IMG/VR virus record: IMGVR_UViG_3300035071_000047
Length of the DNA stretch: 20,000 bases
DNA from: an uncultured virus (IMG/VR IMGVR_UViG_3300035071_000047)
Lineage: Duplodnaviria; Heunggongvirae; Uroviricota; Caudoviricetes
Strand: one strand, 5' to 3'
The position numbers and the translations under genes are program-made. Below are positions 1 through 7,156 of this stretch, piece by piece; position 1 is the first letter of the stretch; each line of letters begins with the position of its first letter. The notes beneath the pieces were generated by a model. It saw only the letters and a list, made by a program, of their open reading frames with translations. It ran no database searches and had not been told where the DNA came from.

Positions 1-1
1 C

Positions 2-202
2 GTGGCCGCCGCCTCGAGCAAGTGGAGGGCGTTCAAGGCGAACCTCTCCCAGTCGAATCCGGCGCCGACCCCGTTCGACTGGGGCCGCGTCGCCCTCGTC
101 GCGGTCGGCGGGGTCGTCCTCGGCGGGGCCGCCTACCTCGTGACGCACGCGCCGCCGCGACCCATCCGAAAACGCCGACCGATGCGACGCGCGTACGCAT
201 AG
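2..202 (+). CDS. 3' end of a hypothetical protein with C-terminal TM helix and basic tail (5'-truncated by window edge)
   Basis: Open frame from the window start with GC3-rich codons. Ends ...SNPAPTPFDWGR-VALVAVGGVVLGGAAYLVT-HAPPRPIRKRRPMRRAYA*. Confidence 0.75.
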   Translation: MAAASSKWRAFKANLSQSNPAPTPFDWGRVALVAVGGVVLGGAAYLVTHAPPRPIRKRRPMRRAYA

Positions 203-218
203 CAAAGGAGAGAAGCAG

Positions 219-392
219 GTGAAGAGAGTCATCGACGTGGTCCCGGAGTCCGACCTCGAAGCCGCGCAGCGACGCAAGCGAGAGTCCGACGAGGCGATCG
301 CGGAGGGTCGCCCGACCCTCAAAACGAACGTCCTCGGCGTCAAGCTCGCGCAGTCGCTCCTCGCCAAGAGCGTCAAGAAGAAGGGGGCCTGA
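219..392 (+). CDS. Small hypothetical protein, 57 aa (MKRVIDVVPESDLEAAQRRKRESDEAIAEGRPTLKTNVLGVKLAQSLLAKSVKKKGA); not in the ORF track
   Basis: AAGGAG SD at 205-210, GTG at 219, typical codon usage, and a TGATG overlap with the next ORF at 390-394. Confidence 0.75.
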   Translation: MKRVIDVVPESDLEAAQRRKRESDEAIAEGRPTLKTNVLGVKLAQSLLAKSVKKKGA

Positions 393-609
393 TGGCTAGA
401 CTGACTTCGTCGCAGCGTACGTTTACGCGGACGTTAGTGGATCGCGCCGGACGCTCCGTCGTGGTGCGCGTCGTGATCGACGAAGGGAAGCTCTCGACCG
501 CGTCATCGCTCGGTTGGCCAACAAAGTACGAAGCTCATCGACACAGAGGTCGGCCGTAGCCGCCGACGGCGTCATCCGCGTCACGATCGAGCAAGATCCG
601 GCGCGATAG
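392..609 (+). pseudogene. Small hypothetical protein apparently split by a 1-nt deletion near 491-495 (or a sequencing error)
   Basis: ATG at 392 is coupled to the upstream stop; the frame as read ends at TAG 557-559. Restoring one C (AAG CTC CTC GAC) gives ...VVVRVVIDEGKLLDRVIARLANKVRSSSTQRSAVAADGVIRVTIEQDPAR* ending at 609, which fills the gap and reads more like protein. Confidence 0.45.
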
Positions 610-642
610 ACACCGCGACCGTTCTGCGCCTATCCTCCGAGG
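607..642 (+). promoter_or_regulatory. Putative sigma70-type promoter giving a leaderless mRNA for the C1A peptidase
   Basis: TAGACA (607-612), 18-nt spacer, TATCCT (631-636), 6 nt, then ATG at 643. GAGG directly abuts the ATG, too close to act as an SD. Confidence 0.5.
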
Positions 643-1581
643 ATGAACGCTGCCCAACCCAAAACGTTCGGCCTCGGCTGGGTCAAGGACGCGTCTCACA
701 AGCGGACGCAGAAGAGCAGCTACGAGCTGCTCGGTACCTCTCCGGTCGTCCCCGCAGCGAGCTCGCTCGAACAGTACGAGGCCGCGTGCCTCGACCAGGG
801 TCGGAGCGGGTCGTGCGGCGGGCACGGGACCGCACAAGCCATCTTCGTCTCCTGCGCCGCGGCCCGCAAGCCGCTCCTCTGGACGCCGAGTCCCAGGGGG
901 GTCTACGCCATCACGCGCCAGATCGCGCGCATCCAAGGTCTGCCCGCGAATGCACCCCTCCCAGTGCTCACCGACTCGGGCGTCATGCCGGCGGACATCA
1001 TGACCGCGGTGACGTGGGGTATCCACAAGATGGCAGCACCGACGCCCGACGGCCGAAACTCCGACGTCTGGTCGCTCGACGACGTGCGCGGCCTCCCGAA
1101 CGCACCGCCCGCCAACGTCAACGACGAGGAGGACATCGCCAGCTTCGAAGCGGACGCGCTCACCGTCGTCACGGGCGAGTACCGCATCCTCGAGACCGCG
1201 AGCGACGTCATCACGCAGATGTGTGCCGCGCTCAGCGGCGTCGGGGCGCTCCAGAACGGGGTCCCGTGCGCCGTCGGGTTCGGCGGGTTCGTCGACGGGG
1301 CCGTCATGGACTGGAAGGCGGGCGACCCGCCGCTCACCAAGTTCGACACGTCGGACCCGCGCGGCGGCGGCCACTGGTTCTGCAAGTCGAGCTACTCCAC
1401 CGGCCACTTCAACGGCTACGTCAAGCGCGTCTTCCGCGTCATCAACTCGTGGGGCGCGGACTACGGCGACCGCGGCCACTTCGAGGTGACCGAGGACTGG
1501 GTCTACCAGCAGGTCCCCATGGGCTGCGACATCTACCCGTTCCACGTCGCCGACGTCTCACCGAAGAAGGTGGCCGCGTGA
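643..1581 (+). CDS. Papain-like (C1A) cysteine peptidase
   Basis: Oxyanion Gln and catalytic Cys in LDQGRSGSCGGHG, His in GGHWF, Asn in VINSWGADYGDRGHF. N-terminal GLGWVKD resembles the bacterial xylellain-type prosegment. Confidence 0.9.
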   Translation: MNAAQPKTFGLGWVKDASHKRTQKSSYELLGTSPVVPAASSLEQYEAACLDQGRSGSCGGHGTAQAIFVSCAAARKPLLWTPSPRGVYAITRQIARIQGLPANAPLPVLTDSGVMPADIMTAVTWGIHKMAAPTPDGRNSDVWSLDDVRGLPNAPPANVNDEEDIASFEADALTVVTGEYRILETASDVITQMCAALSGVGALQNGVPCAVGFGGFVDGAVMDWKAGDPPLTKFDTSDPRGGGHWFCKSSYSTGHFNGYVKRVFRVINSWGADYGDRGHFEVTEDWVYQQVPMGCDIYPFHVADVSPKKVAA

Positions 1582-1970
1582 AGATCCTCCTCGCTACGAT
1601 CCTCCTCAGCCTCGTCGCCCTCCTCGGCTTCCAGTGCGTCCCGTCGCCCACCGTCCCCGACGCGGGTGGCGCGGCGGACGCGGGGTGCGACGACGCGACC
1701 CCGCTCGAGGCCAAGAAGTGTCCGCCCTGCAACTGCGCGGCCGACGCAGGGCGCGACGCAAACCCGTCGCCGGCGCCCGTCGGCGACCTCGCCGACCAGG
1801 CGTGCAAGAACATCGCGCAGTGGTGCTCCGAGGGGAGGGCGGCCAACTGCGCCAGCGAGCTGCGCGCGCTCGCGCCGTCCCGTCTCGTCACGCTCGACCT
1901 GAAGGCGTGCGCGGCCGCCAAGAGCGCCGCCGACGTCCGCCGGTGCGGTCCGTTCCACTGTAACCCGTGA
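1578..1970 (+). CDS. Cys-rich secreted protein or lipoprotein, 130 aa
   Basis: GTGA overlap with the peptidase stop. Signal MKILLATILLSLVALLGFQC, three DAG motifs in a low-complexity linker, 11 Cys. The ORF-track upstream extension from 786 is spurious. Confidence 0.8.
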   Translation: MKILLATILLSLVALLGFQCVPSPTVPDAGGAADAGCDDATPLEAKKCPPCNCAADAGRDANPSPAPVGDLADQACKNIAQWCSEGRAANCASELRALAPSRLVTLDLKACAAAKSAADVRRCGPFHCNP

Positions 1971-2049
1971 GGCGGAAGGCGCCTCGAGTGAACACGCGAG
2001 ACGGCCAGGACGAGTCACCCTCGCTCCTGGCCGTTCTCTTTGAGGTGAC
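1969..2049 (+). other. Structured intergenic region: two hairpins, the second with a loop complementary to the downstream RBS
   Basis: GAGGCG/CGCCTC stem (1969-1985). GAGACGGCCAGGACGAG/CTCG(C)TCCTGGCCGT(T)CTC stem (1998-2038) followed by TTT. GTCACC (2014-2019) is the reverse complement of GGTGAC (2044-2049). Confidence 0.55.
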
Positions 2050-2052
2050 ACG

Positions 2053-2298
2053 ATGCGTTGGCGACGGAGGCGGCACCAGAAGGCCCGCCGGACGATGCGG
2101 GAGGCGCGCGCCGCCCAGGACCGACGGTGGATCGCCCACGTGCGCGACGCCGAGCTCCACGAGACGACCCTCCTGCAGATGGCGCTCTACGACGCGCCCA
2201 TCCACGGCTTTTTCCATCCCGATGACGTACCCTACATCGTCGACGACCTGCCGTTGACGACGAACGATCGAGTCTTTCACCAGGAGCACGCGCGATGA
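2053..2298 (+). CDS. Hypothetical protein, 81 aa, Arg-rich N-terminus
   Basis: GAGGTGA SD at 2042-2048, ATGA overlap with the next gene, typical codon usage. Confidence 0.65.
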   Translation: MRWRRRRHQKARRTMREARAAQDRRWIAHVRDAELHETTLLQMALYDAPIHGFFHPDDVPYIVDDLPLTTNDRVFHQEHAR

Positions 2299-2504
2299 AG
2301 TTCTGCATCCCCATGTACCCCATCGTTGAAGCTAGAGACGCCGCCGAGGCGGAGGCGATCCGAGTGAAGCTCGAGGCGTTCCTCAAGCAGCCACTCATTG
2401 TAGCGACCATCAGGGCGCAGGGGGTCCCCATGCAGTCTGCGACGGTTGACAAGCCTTACGTCGTCGCCGAGCCCGCGCGCGCGACGGGCGGGCAGCGCAG
2501 GTAA
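2295..2504 (+). CDS. Hypothetical protein, 69 aa
   Basis: AGGAG SD upstream and ATGA coupling. Its TAA stop overlaps the SD (TAAGGAG) of the next gene. Confidence 0.75.
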   Translation: MKFCIPMYPIVEARDAAEAEAIRVKLEAFLKQPLIVATIRAQGVPMQSATVDKPYVVAEPARATGGQRR

Positions 2505-2514
2505 GGAGCCTCGA

Positions 2515-3678
2515 ATGAGCAAGGCGCGTCGGGAGACCCTGAAGCTGGTCTCCGTCACCATCTCGAACAATTCGTCGACGATCGAGCAGGCCATCACGTC
2601 CGTCGCCCCGCACGTCGACGAGGTCGTCCTGATCGACACGGGGATCACGGACGACACGAAGGAGCGCGTCGTCGTCGCGGCCGAGGCGACGCCGGTCCGC
2701 GTCGTGAAGTACCAGTGGATCGAGGACTTCGCCGACGCGCGCAACTTCGCGCTGCGCATGGCCAAGACGTCCGACGCCCAGTGGGCGCTCATCGTGGACT
2801 CGGACGAGTGGCTCACGTTCCCGAACGGGATCGACCTCAAGGCGCGCCTGCGCGAGGTCCAGCAGACGAGCGACCGCGTCGTCCACGTCCCGGACGAGAT
2901 CCGCAGCTACCACAAGATCCGGTTCATCCGCGTCCCCGCGACCAAGGCGTTCGTCGGCAGGACGCACGAGGTCTACCCGGGCACCGGCCCGCGCTGGGAG
3001 GACGTGACGTTCGGCGAGCACGTGAAGACGTCCGAGCAGTTCCAGCGCAAGTTCGAGCGCGACGAGCGCATCCTCATGGAGGAGACGGCTGCCGCCCCGG
3101 CCGACCAACGCTGGTGGTACTACCTCGGCGACACGCGCAAGAACCTGAAGAAGATCGACTCTGCGCTGGCTGCGTACATCAAGGCGGGGCAGTGTGACGG
3201 GTGGGACCAGGAAGGCGCGTGGGCCTGGTACCAGGCCGCGTGGATCTACGGCGAGAAGAAGGACAGCGCGCGCGCGCTGTGGGCGTGTCAGGAGGGACTG
3301 CGTCGCCACCCAGGGATCGCGGAGCTCGCGTGGACCGCCGCCCACTTCTGCTACTGGCTCGGTCGCTACCACCACGCCGTTTCGTACGCCAGCGCGGCGG
3401 TCGCGCTCGGGATGCACGCGGGGTGCGCGGGCGCGCTCGACCGCACCGGCTTCCAGTGGGCGCCCGCGCTCTGGGAGAAGCCGTACGAGGTGCTCATGTA
3501 CGCGTACGAGAAGATGGGCCAGCCCGCGCTCGCCGCCGAGGCCGCCGAGCTGTTTCACCAGGCGATCGCGGCGCGCGAGACCCACCAGCCGAAGTTTCAG
3601 CCCGCGACGACGACGACCAAAGTGTCCATGAGCGATGCGATCCTGCGCTCAGTCGCGGAAAACGCGCAGACCGGGTAG
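2515..3678 (+). CDS. Glycosyltransferase family 2 with C-terminal TPR-like repeats (SunS/SgtA-like architecture), 387 aa
   Basis: TAAGGAG SD then ATG at 2515. GT2 motifs DEVVLIDTG, WIEDFADARNFAL, IVDSDEW (DxD) and THE. TPR-like helices such as RWWYYLGDTRKNLKKIDSALAAY and HFCYWLGRYHHAVSYASAAVAL. Confidence 0.9.
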   Translation: MSKARRETLKLVSVTISNNSSTIEQAITSVAPHVDEVVLIDTGITDDTKERVVVAAEATPVRVVKYQWIEDFADARNFALRMAKTSDAQWALIVDSDEWLTFPNGIDLKARLREVQQTSDRVVHVPDEIRSYHKIRFIRVPATKAFVGRTHEVYPGTGPRWEDVTFGEHVKTSEQFQRKFERDERILMEETAAAPADQRWWYYLGDTRKNLKKIDSALAAYIKAGQCDGWDQEGAWAWYQAAWIYGEKKDSARALWACQEGLRRHPGIAELAWTAAHFCYWLGRYHHAVSYASAAVALGMHAGCAGALDRTGFQWAPALWEKPYEVLMYAYEKMGQPALAAEAAELFHQAIAARETHQPKFQPATTTTKVSMSDAILRSVAENAQTG

Positions 3679-3688
3679 ACTGAGGCTC

Positions 3689-5302
3689 ATGCGTGCACAT
3701 CTCGTACGGGCTGGCCAGCAGGCAAACGCGTGGTCGGCAGGGCTCAACGGTTGCGCTCCACCGGGGATGTTCGACGACGACACCGTCATCGCCGCCGCGG
3801 CCAACTGTGGAGCCAGCTACGCCCAGGCCAACGCCGCGACGATCGGCGCCGTCTTCGGACAGGCGTTCGTCGACGCTGCTAAAGCGTACGGCCTCACCAT
3901 GGGAGCGCTGGCCGCCGTGGGTACGGCCGCGGCCTTCGGTGTCCCGTGGGCCGAGGCGTCCATCATCCTCGCTGGTAACGTGTGTTCGGAGCTCCTTGGA
4001 GCCGTAGGTATCATCGTCGCTGGCGCAAACTCCATCCCGATCGTCGGAACGATCGTCGGCGCCATCGTCGCCCTCATCGCGGGCTTCGCGTCGCTCATCC
4101 ACACCTGCTCCGTCCAGATCACGAACGGCAACACGTACCACTGCGACGACTACATCAACATCAACCTGCGCAACGCGACCGACTGGCTGAAACAGGCCAA
4201 GTCGAAGGACCTCGTCGGCAAACGACCCGTCTGGATGGCCAACCAGTTCGACCTCTTCCTCGCGAACCCGGTGTGGATGTACAACAACCAGCAGCTGCTC
4301 GCGATCTCACAGCCGCCGCCGCCCGACCCGAACGACACGGGCGGCCCTGGACCCATCTACTACCAGATGCCGGGCGCGTTCGAGCTGCTCAACCGAGCCC
4401 AGATCGCCATCGCAACTCAGGTTGTGGCTGCCACCCCGGGGCAGCTACCGTTCTGGAAGAACGTCCCGTACCCAGGGCTTTTGATCCCGAACCCTGACGC
4501 CGATTGGCAGCCGGGGGGGAACGAACCTGGAATCCTGACGACCTGGCAACCGGGGAAGATCACGACTCAGCTCGACCCGTCCAACCCGCTGGGTGGAACG
4601 CAGACGTCGACCTACGAGGCGTGCCCGTACCTCACGAACTTCCCCGAGGGCGTCAACCTGACCGCCGGCATGTACATGCTCCAGATCATGTACCCGGCTC
4701 TCACCAAGAGCCAGTGCGACAAGATCTTCGCCACCGTCCAACCGATGTACGACGACGTTCGGTCGCAGGCGATGTCGTGGGCCAACACGCAGTGCCCGTG
4801 CCCCTACTTGCCAGACCTCGGACCCGGCTCGTCGTGGAACCTGACGGTCGAGGACGCGACGGCCGTCATCAACGCGTGGACGGGTCCCCTCGACGGAAGC
4901 TGCGTCTCGGCCCCTGGACCGAAGATGGCGATCCTGCAGGCGCTCGCGGACGTCCAGTGTCCAGCTCCGACCGCCACCCAGGTCCAGGCGCTGGACAAGA
5001 GCGGGACCCTCAGCGACTCCGACGCGCAGGTGATCGTCCAGCGCTGGTCGTACGAGGGCAGGGGGGCGTGCGTCGGCGGTCGCGTCGTGGAACCCGCGGC
5101 GTCCTCCGCGGCGACGAAGGTCGCAAAGACGGCCGCGGTCGCCGCGGGCGTCGGAGCGCTGGGCGTCCTCGCCTTCGCGCACGTGAACCACATGACGTTC
5201 GTCGGGGCCGCGCGCCACCTCGGGTCGAAGGTCGCCACCGGGACGGAGCGGCTGGCCAAGAAGGTCTTCCCGCCCGCGCACCGACTGAAGAGGGCGAGGT
5301 AA
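3689..5302 (+). CDS. Large membrane-associated protein, 537 aa: N-terminal hydrophobic helical region, Cys-containing central domain, C-terminal TM helix and basic tail
   Basis: ATG at 3689 follows TAGACT-N7. Long hydrophobic stretch LTMGALAAVGTAAAF...SIPIVGTIVGAIVALIAGFASLIH. C-terminal AAVAAGVGALGVLAFAH followed by ...KKVFPPAHRLKRAR*. Confidence 0.8.
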   Translation: MRAHLVRAGQQANAWSAGLNGCAPPGMFDDDTVIAAAANCGASYAQANAATIGAVFGQAFVDAAKAYGLTMGALAAVGTAAAFGVPWAEASIILAGNVCSELLGAVGIIVAGANSIPIVGTIVGAIVALIAGFASLIHTCSVQITNGNTYHCDDYININLRNATDWLKQAKSKDLVGKRPVWMANQFDLFLANPVWMYNNQQLLAISQPPPPDPNDTGGPGPIYYQMPGAFELLNRAQIAIATQVVAATPGQLPFWKNVPYPGLLIPNPDADWQPGGNEPGILTTWQPGKITTQLDPSNPLGGTQTSTYEACPYLTNFPEGVNLTAGMYMLQIMYPALTKSQCDKIFATVQPMYDDVRSQAMSWANTQCPCPYLPDLGPGSSWNLTVEDATAVINAWTGPLDGSCVSAPGPKMAILQALADVQCPAPTATQVQALDKSGTLSDSDAQVIVQRWSYEGRGACVGGRVVEPAASSAATKVAKTAAVAAGVGALGVLAFAHVNHMTFVGAARHLGSKVATGTERLAKKVFPPAHRLKRAR

Positions 5303-5304
5303 CG

Positions 5305-5628
5305 ATGGGTACATGGGGAACGAAGCCACTCGACAGTGACGACGCAGGAGATCTGGTAGACAAGATCGCCCACCCGCTCATCCGGAACATCGAGCGCGTC
5401 GCCACGAGTCGATCGCGGGACATGTCGGACGAGTACCAGACGGCTCGCGCATCCATCGAGATCCTCGTCCGCATGGACCAGGGGTTTCGCGGCTTCAAGA
5501 AGGAAGCCGTCTTGGCGCTCCGCCGGATGCTCGACGACGCAGAGTGGATCGAGGCGTGGAAGAGACCGAAGGAGATCCGATCCGAGTTGATGCGTCAGCT
5601 CCAGATCGTACAGCGTGCGAGGGACTGA
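5305..5628 (+). CDS. DUF4259-like protein, 107 aa
   Basis: GAGGT SD. N-terminus MGTWGTKPLDSDDAGD matches the MG.WG...F..D.A.D signature of DUF4259; W...W near the C-terminus. Confidence 0.7.
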   Translation: MGTWGTKPLDSDDAGDLVDKIAHPLIRNIERVATSRSRDMSDEYQTARASIEILVRMDQGFRGFKKEAVLALRRMLDDAEWIEAWKRPKEIRSELMRQLQIVQRARD

Positions 5629-5796
5629 ATGCCCACGTACTTAGCGCTCGGTCCCGTCTGTCTTCGTCACCCGTACGCGCTGCCGCACGCAGGCCCATTC
5701 GCGTGGACATGCCTCTTCTGCAGGCGCGAGCTGGGCAACAAGAAACCAGATCAGAACGGGAATGTTCGGTACCACTCAAGACTCGAGTCGACGTGA
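5629..5796 (+). CDS. Small putative zinc-binding protein, 55 aa (MPTYLALGPVCLRHPYALPHAGPFAWTCLFCRRELGNKKPDQNGNVRYHSRLEST); not in the ORF track
   Basis: ATG immediately after the upstream TGA, GAGGG SD, CxxH...CxxC motif, GTGA overlap with the next gene; exactly fills the gap. Confidence 0.6.
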   Translation: MPTYLALGPVCLRHPYALPHAGPFAWTCLFCRRELGNKKPDQNGNVRYHSRLEST

Positions 5797-6284
5797 GCCT
5801 CAACTCCATCCAGGGCACCCTCGTGAACGTCCGCGCGCAGGCCGACGACGCGCAGAGCCTCGTCGACGCGGGCGACAGGGAGCCCTCCGACAAATCCGCG
5901 ATCGACGACTACCGCAGGGCCGCGAGCCGCGCGGACACGGTCGCCACGCTCTGCCAGAACGTCACCGGGATCGTCGTGCAGGAGGTCCCGTCGACGGCGG
6001 GGTACGACGCGGCCGTCGCGAGCGAGGTGGACGCCGCCTCCGCGAGCGACTCCGAGGCGGGCCACGCGACCACACGAGCCGCCGCCCGCGCGGCGGCCGT
6101 CGCCGGTGTCGCCGCTGCCAGGAGCGCCATCAGCTACGCCACCGCGGCCGCGAGCAAAGTGCCCGCGACCCCGCGGGTCACCGTCGGGTGGTTCGCGGCG
6201 GCCGTCGTCGTGGTCGCCGCGGGAGCCTTCGTGTTCGCCAAGTACCGCCCGAAGAGGACCGTGCCCCGGATAGCGTACCCATGA
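5793..6284 (+). CDS. Ala-rich helical protein with C-terminal TM helix and basic tail, 163 aa
   Basis: GTG start at 5793, where codon usage switches to GC3-rich. Ends KVPATPR-VTVGWFAAAVVVVAAGAFVFA-KYRPKRTVPRIAYP*. ATGA overlap with the sigma gene. Confidence 0.75.
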   Translation: MSLNSIQGTLVNVRAQADDAQSLVDAGDREPSDKSAIDDYRRAASRADTVATLCQNVTGIVVQEVPSTAGYDAAVASEVDAASASDSEAGHATTRAAARAAAVAGVAAARSAISYATAAASKVPATPRVTVGWFAAAVVVVAAGAFVFAKYRPKRTVPRIAYP

Positions 6285-7156
6285 GCGCCTTCGAATCGTT
6301 CGTCTCCAGGGCGAAGCTGGCCCCCGTCCTGTCGGTGCAGCACGAGATCGAACTCCTGCGCCGCGCGAAGTCAGGCGACGCGCGCGCCCTCGACTCGGTC
6401 GTCCAGTCCAACTTCCGGTACGTCCTGCAGATCGCCCGGAGGGTCCCGCGCCGTGGCGTCCCGATCGAGGACCTCGTGTCGGAGGGGAACGTCGCGCTCG
6501 CTCACTCCATCCCACGGTTCGACTGCGACCGCGGGTTCCGGCTCATCACGTACGCATCGCGGTACATCTTCGCCCGCATGAACGAGTACGTCCGCGTGCG
6601 ACGCGACGGGCTCGTCGGGGGTCTCGGCTCCGGGACGATCCGCTACCGAGCCTTCTACAAGGTCAAGCGCCACAGCTCCCAACTCGAGGCGCTCGGGCTG
6701 TCGAAGGACGAGGTCGTCCACCGACTCTCCGAGTCGTTCGGGGTGAAGGTGTCCGAGGTCGAGAAAGTTCTCGCCCGTCACGCCGTCGCCTTCCTCTCGA
6801 CCGCGACCGTCGTCAGCACCGACAGCAGCACAGGCAAGAGCGTCACGATCGAAGATCAGATCGCGGACGACGGGCCGACCGCAGACGAGCGGATCGCGCA
6901 GACCCAGGACGTCATTCGTACCGCCGTCCAGGTCCACACCGCGCTCCAGACCCTCACGGATCGCGAGCGCACGATCGTCCGATCTCGGCACATGGAGGAG
7001 ACGGGTCGATCGCTCTCGGATCTCGGGCGCGAGCTCGGTCTGTCCAGTGAGCGCGTTCGTCAGATCGAGGTCGTCGCCCTGGGCAAGATGCGTCGGTTCC
7101 TCGAGAGATCTCGTCGGTCGCGCCCGACGGAGCGAGTGGTACGCTTGGCGGTATGA
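6281..7156 (+). CDS. Sigma-70 family RNA polymerase sigma factor, RpoH/sigma-32-like, divergent, 291 aa
   Basis: Region 1.2 PVLSVQHEIEL; 2.1 VVQSNFRYVLQIARR; 2.2 EDLVSEGNVAL; 2.3 RFDCDRGFRLITYA; region 4 LTDRERTIV...SLSDLGRELGLSSERVRQIEVVALGKMR. No region 1.1. Confidence 0.92.
   Translation: MSAFESFVSRAKLAPVLSVQHEIELLRRAKSGDARALDSVVQSNFRYVLQIARRVPRRGVPIEDLVSEGNVALAHSIPRFDCDRGFRLITYASRYIFARMNEYVRVRRDGLVGGLGSGTIRYRAFYKVKRHSSQLEALGLSKDEVVHRLSESFGVKVSEVEKVLARHAVAFLSTATVVSTDSSTGKSVTIEDQIADDGPTADERIAQTQDVIRTAVQVHTALQTLTDRERTIVRSRHMEETGRSLSDLGRELGLSSERVRQIEVVALGKMRRFLERSRRSRPTERVVRLAV
7137..7152 (+). promoter_or_regulatory. Putative extended -10 promoter giving a leaderless mRNA for the PG hydrolase gene
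   Basis: TG-G-TACGCT (7137-7145), 7 nt, then ATG at 7153; no SD. Confidence 0.45.

Noticed and set aside
786..6280. ORF-track upstream extensions (starts at 786, 2446, 3635, 4504, 5544, 5762; also 18561 and 19001 on the minus strand)
   Set aside because: They overlap real upstream genes; internal starts with SD, coupling or signal peptides fit better.
6281..7156. Assigning the gene symbol rpoH
   Set aside because: The RpoH box is degenerate and the context is viral; orthology cannot be established by eye.
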